From a virus (lineage: Duplodnaviria > Caudoviricetes): DNA of 63,135 nt. The notes beneath the pieces were generated by a model. It had not been told where the DNA came from. It made no database searches and saw only the letters and a program-made list of their open reading frames with translations. A program made the position numbers and the translations under genes. This document shows, piece after piece, positions 18,744-26,211 of this stretch; the first letter of the stretch is position 1, and every line of letters starts with the position of its first letter. The stretch is taken from the IMG/VR virus record IMGVR_UViG_3300045934_000076, positions 1-63,135 of that record. The stretch is one strand, 5' to 3'.

Positions 18744-19174
18744 GCAAGGAAACCTCCATCACGACCAAGCTCGCCATGCTGGCCGAGCAGAAGCTGCGAG
18801 GCTCCGTGATCCAGAAGCACAGCGATGCTCTGACAACCGGAGTCCCTGACATGACCTGGACCTGGGCCACCATGACGACCTGGGTAGAAGCCAAGAGGGT
18901 CCGTGTGTGCCCTGGGCCTGTTTTGAAGATGCTTCACCCCAGAGCCGTACAGCGGTTCACGATGCAGCGGCTCGAGAAGGCCGGCTCTGCAATCTACGTC
19001 CTCTACGAGGAGAAGGGCAAGGCCACGTGGATCGCGAGGCCTCAGGATGTTCAGCCGAATAATACGATCGACATGAGCAAGCTCTTGATGCATTCGACCG
19101 GCATCGACCACGACGCCGTCATCGAGTTCGTGCGAGGCATCCACCTCAAGCTGAAGATCAAGTGCTCAATCTAG
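18740..19174 (+). CDS. PD-(D/E)xK nuclease (VRR-NUC / resolvase-like)
   Basis: N-terminal KE, GVPD, WVEAK, Q motif. Confidence 0.75.
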   Translation: MSKETSITTKLAMLAEQKLRGSVIQKHSDALTTGVPDMTWTWATMTTWVEAKRVRVCPGPVLKMLHPRAVQRFTMQRLEKAGSAIYVLYEEKGKATWIARPQDVQPNNTIDMSKLLMHSTGIDHDAVIEFVRGIHLKLKIKCSI

Positions 19175-19950
19175 AACGTCCTCTCGTCAGCATCGACCTC
19201 GAAACTACAGGCGAACATCCGGAGAAAGACCGGATCGTTCAGCTCGGTCTCGTGAAGCTCTATCCAGGTGGCAGAGAGACCGAGTACATGACCCTCGTGA
19301 ACCCAGGCATGTCAATCGCGCCTGAGATCAGCGAGATCCACGGCATCACAGACGAAGACGTCAAAGACGCTCCCTTCTTTGATTCAACTTACGTGGCGGG
19401 CTACCTCCAAGTCGGCCTTGTCGGTTGCGACGTGCTCGGCTACAACCTGAAGCGATTCGACCTTCGCATCATCAAGGAGGAGTTCCGTCGCTGTCGCAAG
19501 ATCTGCCCCGAGTGGATGGAGGTCATCGACGCTGGCCGGATCTTCCACATCAAGGATCCGCGTACACTCATCGCAGCGGCCAAGAAGTACCTGAACCGCG
19601 ACGTGGAGGAAGAAGCTCACGACGCGCTGTTTGATGCGAGGCTCACGAAGGATGTGCTCCTCGGTCAACTGGAGTTCTATCCTGAACTTCCGAGGAGCGT
19701 GCCTGAACTCGCTCGCTTCTGCGACGAGGGTAGGCCAGGAGGAAATTCCCTCGACCCTGAGGGCAAGTTCGCGTGGCGACACAATCGCTGCATCGTGAAC
19801 TTCGGGAACAAGCATCTGCTCGTTCCTCTTGAAGAAGTGGCACAGCGTGATCCTGGCTATCTCAAGTGGATGCTCAACGGCGACTTTAGTGACCAGGTGA
19901 AGGCCATCTGCACGCTGGCACTGAAAGGCGAGTTCCCGACCCGTGGCTAG
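19162..19950 (+). CDS. DEDDh 3'-5' exonuclease (DnaQ-like)
   Basis: IDLETTG, IHGIT, GYNLKRFD, AHDALFD; C-terminal FGNKH...DPGYLKW. Confidence 0.92.
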   Translation: MLNLERPLVSIDLETTGEHPEKDRIVQLGLVKLYPGGRETEYMTLVNPGMSIAPEISEIHGITDEDVKDAPFFDSTYVAGYLQVGLVGCDVLGYNLKRFDLRIIKEEFRRCRKICPEWMEVIDAGRIFHIKDPRTLIAAAKKYLNRDVEEEAHDALFDARLTKDVLLGQLEFYPELPRSVPELARFCDEGRPGGNSLDPEGKFAWRHNRCIVNFGNKHLLVPLEEVAQRDPGYLKWMLNGDFSDQVKAICTLALKGEFPTRG

Positions 19951-20191
19951 CTTCACGAAGGACGATCAAGTCGCTGTGCTCTTCGCTAACGGCAGAGAGA
20001 TCGTGCTTCAAGTGCGCGAGGTCACCGTCGAGTGTCACGAGTACGACTATCAAACGATCGAGCTCAGCGGCTTTATCGTCGCAGAGCATGTGAAGGCTGG
20101 CGCACCGGAGCTTGATCACAAGCGAACGATCTCGTCACAAGACTTTGTGAACGCGGCAAAGCGAGTCCTTCAGGATCTGAAGAATGGCTAG
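19943..20191 (+). CDS. Hypothetical protein, paralogue of 20184..20489
   Basis: Shared N-terminus, LSG.IV and DFV.AAKRVL. Confidence 0.7.
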   Translation: MASFTKDDQVAVLFANGREIVLQVREVTVECHEYDYQTIELSGFIVAEHVKAGAPELDHKRTISSQDFVNAAKRVLQDLKNG

Positions 20192-20489
20192 TTATCGCCG
20201 CGACGATCGGTATCCATTCGCTGTGATCTTTCTTGACGGAAAGATCATGGTTGTTCGAGTCGGTGACCTCAGTGTCGAAGATCGTTCTCACGATCACGAA
20301 TACGTCACTTATGATTCTCCGTATCCCATCGTCGTTCGTGGGATCAGAGATCATCGAGTGAATCTGTCGGGCCGCATCGTGGAGTACATCGACGATAGCG
20401 GAAGTCCTTTCTTGAAGAACGAGGGCCTCACTGAGAAGGACTTCGTAGACGCGGCGAAGAGAGTTCTGGAAGAGATCAAGAAGAAGTGA
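20184..20489 (+). CDS. Hypothetical protein, paralogue of 19943..20191
   Basis: Same shared motifs. Confidence 0.7.
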   Translation: MASYRRDDRYPFAVIFLDGKIMVVRVGDLSVEDRSHDHEYVTYDSPYPIVVRGIRDHRVNLSGRIVEYIDDSGSPFLKNEGLTEKDFVDAAKRVLEEIKKK

Positions 20490-20809
20490 GCTCTCCTGTA
20501 GACAAGTTCGGCTTCATTTGCAACGACGCAAGAATTGAAATCATCAAGCGACCCGATCTCGATGTCGTCGTGCTCCTCGATAGGCCCACTAACTTTCAGA
20601 TGAGCTACGATCGACGTAGATGGGATCTCAACGCAGAGGAGTGTGTCGAGGAGTTTCGACATCACGTTCAACGCAATTTCAACAATCGCTATCTGGACTT
20701 CAAAGAGCGATACGTCGACTTCAAGCCCAAGCCGAAACCTGATCCAGCCCCGATCAATCCGCGCCAAGCGGGGCTGCGCGTGCTGTCGGCGCTGAGGAGA
20801 AAGTCATGA
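20486..20809 (+). CDS. Hypothetical protein
   Basis: GTGA overlap; ends AGLRVLSALRRKS. Confidence 0.65.
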   Translation: MSSPVDKFGFICNDARIEIIKRPDLDVVVLLDRPTNFQMSYDRRRWDLNAEECVEEFRHHVQRNFNNRYLDFKERYVDFKPKPKPDPAPINPRQAGLRVLSALRRKS

Positions 20810-20988
20810 ACTCGAAGATGGCAAAGGCATTCAACGAGTGGATGCGTCTGTTCACCCAAGAGCCTGAGAAGTTTCAGCACGAGTGGCAGACGGTTCAGGA
20901 GTTCCTTGCCGATCTCAACGGCGGTCGCGAGCCGAGTTACGGTGAGACCGCCGCGCAGTTCCTCTCTGAGTTGATGTCTAAGTGCTAG
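20806..20988 (+). CDS. Hypothetical protein
   Basis: ATGA overlap, GAGGAG SD. Confidence 0.6.
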   Translation: MNSKMAKAFNEWMRLFTQEPEKFQHEWQTVQEFLADLNGGREPSYGETAAQFLSELMSKC

Positions 20989-21181
20989 CGTGGCTCCGCT
21001 GCATCATCCGACGGCGTCACAACCCTGTGAGACATCCGCTCGGCGGGTTCCGTTGCGCAGACTGTGGCATCGCAGGAGCTGACTTCGAAGAGATGGGCTT
21101 CGATCATGGCTATGTGATGCCGATCAGGAAGACGTTCTCACGGGATGGTGCCCCCATCTTCACCTACGACTCTTACGGGCA

Positions 21182-22852
21182 ATGGCGATAGAGCTTCCGC
21201 AGATCGGCAAGCCGCGCTGGGAGCATCAGGTCGTTGGGATCAAGAAGGTCGTCGAGACTGTCGAACCGGAGATCGGTCGCATCTATCCAGGGTGTGTTGC
21301 AATCTGGGACGAGGCAGGAGCTGGCAAGACTCGTCAAGCGATAGACGGGGCACAGGCTCTATTTCTCGCTGGCGAGATCACTCACGTGATCGTAGTGGCT
21401 CCAGCGGCTGTTCCGCCTCACTGGTGCGATCCTGATCCGCTGTTCGGTGAGATCGCGCAGTATCGGTGGCCCCAGGTCTCGATGAACGTCGCTCACTTCC
21501 ACGGCAAGACACGCATCTGGGAGATCGGTGACGACGTGGAGCATCGGCTCACGTGGCTTGTCACGAACTACGAGTACATTCGAAGCGGTGACTTCAAGAA
21601 TCCGAAGAGCAATCTCGGAATACTCATGAAGTTCACAGGCCCTCGTACACTCCTGATCGTTGACGAGAGTCATCACTGCGGCAACCCACGCGCGAAGCAG
21701 ACCCGGGCAGTCATGCGTCTGCGTCGAGCCTGTGGCCGTGTCATCGAGATGACCGGCACACCCGAAGCGTCGGGAACAGGAGCCAACGAGCCCGGCGAAG
21801 ATGACGAAGTTCGTTCGAAGGGCTCCATCGGCACCCTCTATTCACAGGCCGCGATCTTGGACCCTCGCATCCTTGCCTGCAAGACCTGGACCGACTATCG
21901 CGCGAAGTACGCGATCATCGGTGGATGGCGAGGCAAGGAGATTGTTGGCTGGCACAAGGACGGTGTCGAAGACGTGCAACGTCGGCTTGCTCCGTACGTT
22001 CTGCGACGTGAGAAGAAGGACTGCATGGATCTGCCGCAGGCTCTGCCTCCGGTGACCATCACAGTCCCTCTCAGCGAGAAGACGTGGAGGTTCTATCGCG
22101 AGATGCGTGACGATGCGATGGCATGGCTCAGCGAGCAGAAGACCTCGTTCACTCGCCAAGCTGGAGTCCGTGTCATGCGTCTGTCGCAGATCACATCCGG
22201 CTTCGTAGGCGGGCTCCGCAACGCGACGGCCTGTCCCGACTGTCAAGGAGATGATCCCGAGTGTGAGGACTGCGGAGGGTCCGGCATCTCGTACGAAAGC
22301 ATCCCTCCTGAGTTCTGTGGCGACGAGAAGCTCCGAGTGACCATCGACCAGATCAAGTCCATCTTGGAAGAGAAGAAGGACGCCAAGATCGTGATCTGGT
22401 GCAGGTTCGTGATGGAGCTCCAGCGCCTCCTTGAATCCATCAAGCATCACTTCCCAGATGTTAGTGCAGACGCTATCGTGGGCGGGCAGCGCAGGCAAGT
22501 ACGTATGGAGGCTCTGCGGCTCTTGAAGCCCACCACTGCGCCGCCCGGTCCAGTGGCCGTTACGTGTACGCCCGGCAGCGGCTCCACAGGCCTCGATTTC
22601 GCGGCGGGCAGCCACGTCATTTGGCAGAGCCGTGGCACATCCCTCCGTCAGTGGATCCAAGCCAGCGAGCGAGTTCACCGAGGAGGGCAGGTCAATCGCG
22701 TGTGGAGCGCTGACGTTGTTGCGACCGGCCCGAAGGGACAGAAGACCATCGATCACACGCTCATCAGGTCCATGCGTAGGAAGGACGACGCTGCGGCGTG
22801 GACCTGTGCGGCCTGGGTCACGGCGATCAAGAAGGAGCAGGAGGAGGAATGA
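21182..22852 (+). CDS. SNF2-family helicase
   Basis: EAGAGKT, VDESH, MTGTP, LRREKKDC, GSTGLD, QASERVHRGGQ. Confidence 0.92.
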   Translation: MAIELPQIGKPRWEHQVVGIKKVVETVEPEIGRIYPGCVAIWDEAGAGKTRQAIDGAQALFLAGEITHVIVVAPAAVPPHWCDPDPLFGEIAQYRWPQVSMNVAHFHGKTRIWEIGDDVEHRLTWLVTNYEYIRSGDFKNPKSNLGILMKFTGPRTLLIVDESHHCGNPRAKQTRAVMRLRRACGRVIEMTGTPEASGTGANEPGEDDEVRSKGSIGTLYSQAAILDPRILACKTWTDYRAKYAIIGGWRGKEIVGWHKDGVEDVQRRLAPYVLRREKKDCMDLPQALPPVTITVPLSEKTWRFYREMRDDAMAWLSEQKTSFTRQAGVRVMRLSQITSGFVGGLRNATACPDCQGDDPECEDCGGSGISYESIPPEFCGDEKLRVTIDQIKSILEEKKDAKIVIWCRFVMELQRLLESIKHHFPDVSADAIVGGQRRQVRMEALRLLKPTTAPPGPVAVTCTPGSGSTGLDFAAGSHVIWQSRGTSLRQWIQASERVHRGGQVNRVWSADVVATGPKGQKTIDHTLIRSMRRKDDAAAWTCAAWVTAIKKEQEEE

Positions 22853-23008
22853 AGCCGAGACGCTTGAAGTTTTGTGGGATCTGTGACGAGGCCATCAATC
22901 ATGGATGTTGGTGCGTGAACTGCACACTTCACATGCTCGCATCCAACTTCGCTGGAGCGCTCTGGGGATCCCTCCTGGCCTGGGCGCTCTCGGCTTGGGT
23001 GAAGTGAC

Positions 23009-23593
23009 ATGGGAAAGCATGACGAGATCCTCAAGCTCCTGACCCGTGCTCCTCTCACACGGGAGGAGAGCGAGTACGACATCCAGGTCAAGAAGGCCAT
23101 CGCGCATCTCAGGAAGGTCAGCGAGATGCCGAACAGCCTCCCCGATGAGGAGCACAGGCGAGAAGACACGTGGCCTGTGATTCCCGGGGTCAAGCCTTTC
23201 ACTGTCAGAACCGAGGATCACAAGTCCTTGGCCTGCCTCGTTCGCGAGTGGCATCGTCTGCGCGCGCACAAGGACCTCTTCGAAGACGTCGAGAAGCTCC
23301 TGAACCTCCAACTGCGAGCGATCTCCGACATGATCCAGGCCCTCCTTGACAGCGAAGGTCAGAGCAGCATCAAGCTCGAGGAGGGCATCGGCGTTCGTTC
23401 GCAACCGGATGTGATCGGGCTCGTGGAGGACCCGCAGAAGTTCTACGACTGGGTCCATCAGCAGAAGTTGGACTCACTCTTGAGCATGCATCACGGCAGG
23501 CTCGCGACGATTGTCAAGGAGCGACTGCACGGCAATCTGGCTTTGCCAGACGGAGTGAAGGCTCACTTCCGTCCCAAGCTCGTGAAGACGTAG
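23009..23593 (+). CDS. Conserved replication-module protein
   Basis: Coiled coil then FYDWV...LPDGVK, a pattern often found next to phage SSB and helicase genes. Confidence 0.6.
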   Translation: MGKHDEILKLLTRAPLTREESEYDIQVKKAIAHLRKVSEMPNSLPDEEHRREDTWPVIPGVKPFTVRTEDHKSLACLVREWHRLRAHKDLFEDVEKLLNLQLRAISDMIQALLDSEGQSSIKLEEGIGVRSQPDVIGLVEDPQKFYDWVHQQKLDSLLSMHHGRLATIVKERLHGNLALPDGVKAHFRPKLVKT

Positions 23594-23601
23594 TCAGAGG
23601 A

Positions 23602-23630
23602 TTGCTCGCGTTGCTAACTTGTGCTATGCT
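23602..23630 (+). promoter_or_regulatory. Promoter with GTTGCTAAC box in spacer
   Basis: TTGCTC-17 bp (GCGTTGCTAACTTGTGC)-TATGCT. Confidence 0.75.
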
Positions 23631-23666
23631 AGCCGCCCTCAAGCGGCGAGCGAGGTGAATCGCATC

Positions 23667-23894
23667 ATGTTCCAACGACAGATGTGGATGTGCACTCAGT
23701 GCCACACGAAGCGACAGTGGGGATACGGGGCAGCGAGCGATTCCAGCTACGAGCCTCTGCTCCTCTGTGAGGGAACTTGTGGCAAGGAAGTCGCCGGCCG
23801 CAAGCTCCCGATCGAGACTCGACATCGGTATGCCGGGGTCTCGGCCGAGTTCTCTTCCTCCTCAACCAAACGCGGCGAGTTGATCACCGCGTGA
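23667..23894 (+). CDS. Small Zn-ribbon protein
   Basis: GAGGT SD; CTQC...CEGTC. Confidence 0.55.
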   Translation: MFQRQMWMCTQCHTKRQWGYGAASDSSYEPLLLCEGTCGKEVAGRKLPIETRHRYAGVSAEFSSSSTKRGELITA

Positions 23895-23961
23895 TACGTG
23901 CTCGATTCGAACAGGGCGGTCGAGCTACGGTGACGTTCATTCCCTGACAGAAAGCAAAGTC

Positions 23962-24795
23962 ATGGCCAAGAAAGACGAGAAGATCGTACCGACCAAGGAC
24001 GAACCCAAGGAACTCGCCATCCCCGAAGACCTCAAGGCGCACGCCGGAGCGGGGACCGAGGGCATCACCTCGAAGGACGTCAGGCCTCCCAGGATGATCC
24101 TGGCGCAGGCCATGTCGCCTCAGGTCAAGCGCAGCGACCCGAAGTACATCATGGACCTGGGAGAAGGCGATCTGTTCAACGACCTGAGTCAGGCCATCTA
24201 CGGAGAGGGACCGATCGACTTCTGCGTCATCGCCTTCCTGGGCAGCCGCTTCGTCGAGTTCGACGAGACCGGCAAGGTCCGAGACGGCAACGTCCAGTCC
24301 GACGACAAGCGCACGGAGTGGACTCTGCGTTGCAAGTCCTGCGACGTCAAGTTCACCGGCGATCGGCGCATCTGCCCGAAGTGCAACAAGGGAGCCGACG
24401 TCGAGGGCGTCAAGCCCGTCGCATCCCGCTTCTACGACTATCTCCTGTGGCTCCCCGAGTCCCAGGAGGTCGTGACCTTCAGCATGAAGAACAAGCAGGC
24501 CGGCACGGTCGGGATCAACCTCAACTCGATGCTCAAGCTGCCGCTCAACGTCGGCGGCGCTCTCCTCACGAACCCGCCTGCCTGCGCCCGTCTCTTCCAG
24601 ATCAGCACCTCGATGGACAAGAACGAGAAGGGGAGCTGGGCCGTCGTTTCCATGGCGCCGAAGGGGATCACCGACGAGAAGGACCGCCTCATCTGCTACG
24701 AGCTGATGAACAGCTTCAAGGGCAAGAACGTCGTCATCGAACACGACGAGGGCGACGCGGACGAGGCGACCGGCGAGTTCGCACGCGACATGTAG
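23962..24795 (+). CDS. Putative single-stranded DNA-binding/annealing protein with Zn-ribbon insertion
   Basis: GAGTEGI...PRMILAQAMSPQV N-terminus, acidic tail, high-expression codon bias, CKSC...CPKC. Confidence 0.6.
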   Translation: MAKKDEKIVPTKDEPKELAIPEDLKAHAGAGTEGITSKDVRPPRMILAQAMSPQVKRSDPKYIMDLGEGDLFNDLSQAIYGEGPIDFCVIAFLGSRFVEFDETGKVRDGNVQSDDKRTEWTLRCKSCDVKFTGDRRICPKCNKGADVEGVKPVASRFYDYLLWLPESQEVVTFSMKNKQAGTVGINLNSMLKLPLNVGGALLTNPPACARLFQISTSMDKNEKGSWAVVSMAPKGITDEKDRLICYELMNSFKGKNVVIEHDEGDADEATGEFARDM

Positions 24796-24822
24796 ACACA
24801 TCGGGAGAGGGAGTGGATACAC

Positions 24823-25005
24823 AGGACTTCACATGTCGCGGCCCCCCGCTTTATCGGAAAGCGAGGGATCGTGTACTTGTGAGCCTTACGCTGCGCGCAA
24901 CCGTCAGCGCGACTATCGGTTGCCCCTAGTCATGCTCGGGGTCACGTACCAGCCCGCATGAGGCCACGCTGGTCCCGTCGTGGTGCAGAAACGGGACTTA
25001 GTCCT
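24823..25005 (+). ncRNA. Multibranch structured intergenic RNA candidate
   Basis: Closing helix AGGACT/AGTCCT around four hairpins. Confidence 0.45.
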
Positions 25006-25016
25006 TGGAGTAACTC

Positions 25017-25451
25017 ATGAACAACGAATGCACTCTTGCTCTCATCAAGCCCGACGCCCTCCGTCGTGGGCTCCTCGGAAGGATCATCGAGGTTATCGAG
25101 AGCAACGACTTCACCATCGTTCACATGCAGAGCCTTCACATGACCCTCGTTCAGGCTCAGCTGTTCTACGGACGTCAGCATCAAGGCCGTCCGTATTTCG
25201 AAGAGCTCACCGAGTTCATGTCCTCTGGGATGTGCGTCGGCTTGATCTTGGCGCACGCTGAGACAGAACCGATCTCCGCCTGGAGGCAGTTGATGGGAGC
25301 GGCTCAGCCTGAGAAACGCCTGCCGAGCGAGATCCGCCATCGCTTCGGTTTCAACGGTGCCAGGATGTGCGAGAACCTCGTTCACGGCAGCGACTCCATC
25401 GAGAGCTTCGAGCATGAGATCGAGGCACTCGGCTGGCGCAATCGTCGGTGA
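25017..25451 (+). CDS. ndk: Nucleoside diphosphate kinase
   Basis: TLALIKPDA, RPYFEELTEFMSSG, NLVHGSDS with catalytic His. Confidence 0.95.
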   Translation: MNNECTLALIKPDALRRGLLGRIIEVIESNDFTIVHMQSLHMTLVQAQLFYGRQHQGRPYFEELTEFMSSGMCVGLILAHAETEPISAWRQLMGAAQPEKRLPSEIRHRFGFNGARMCENLVHGSDSIESFEHEIEALGWRNRR

Positions 25452-25654
25452 AGCAGCGAAAGGTCGTCGGCAACACTCGCCTTGACCGCATGAAGTGCGA
25501 GTGCAGCCATTCCCGAGGAGCCCACCTCTGTAAGGAGGGCGAGGCTCCTGGGAAGTGCGTCGCCGGCGACTGCCAGTGCAAGCAGTTCAAGATCAAGTAC
25601 GACATCCCGCTCCCAGGAGCTGGAGTCAACTACGACGATGACGTTCCCTTCTAG
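25448..25654 (+). CDS. Small Cys-rich protein ending DDDVPF
   Basis: CECSH...H...C...CQCKQF and an SSB-like acidic tail. Confidence 0.6.
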   Translation: MKQRKVVGNTRLDRMKCECSHSRGAHLCKEGEAPGKCVAGDCQCKQFKIKYDIPLPGAGVNYDDDVPF

Positions 25655-25665
25655 GAGGCCGTCAA

Positions 25666-25935
25666 ATGAACATCGAGCCTGGAGTCTATCGCCATTACAA
25701 GGGCGAGCTCTACGTCGTGCTTGGAGTCGCACGTCATCACGAGACGGGGATCCAGTACGTCGTCTATCACCCCATCAAGCCTCATGGTGAGGAGAAGCGT
25801 CTTCGGGTCAACATCCGTCCCGTCACGCCTCAGCCAAACGACCCCGACTCTTGGACGACCGAGATTCCTCCTGGCCCCATGACACGCGACAAGAAGCCCC
25901 GTCAGCGATTCACGTTTCTGTATCCGCTCGGGTAG
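25666..25935 (+). CDS. DUF1653 family protein
   Basis: PGVYRHYKGELYVVLGVARHHET...VVY. Confidence 0.85.
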   Translation: MNIEPGVYRHYKGELYVVLGVARHHETGIQYVVYHPIKPHGEEKRLRVNIRPVTPQPNDPDSWTTEIPPGPMTRDKKPRQRFTFLYPLG

Positions 25936-26092
25936 AACAGGAGGATCTCTTGGCGACACCTGATCAGAAGTGCAATCACGTCGTGTTCGACGCGGCAGGC
26001 GACAGAGTGGTCGGCGTCTTCAGCTCGCGTGAGCGCCTTGAAGAGGACCTCAAGGAGAAGGGATACGAGCAACGCGGGACTGAGCCCTATGA

Positions 26093-26146
26093 GTGGTGGT
26101 CGCGTGCTCTTGAGGAGCCGTGGTGGTCGCGTGCTCCTGAGGAGCC
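26093..26146. repeat. 27-bp tandem duplication (WWSRALEEP/WWSRAPEEP)
   Basis: Two in-frame copies, one mismatch. Confidence 0.9.
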
Positions 26147-26211
26147 GAGCACTCTCATCGTAACCGGCTTTCTCGACAACATCCTGTTCTTGTCGTAGCT
26201 AGAGCTCGAGC

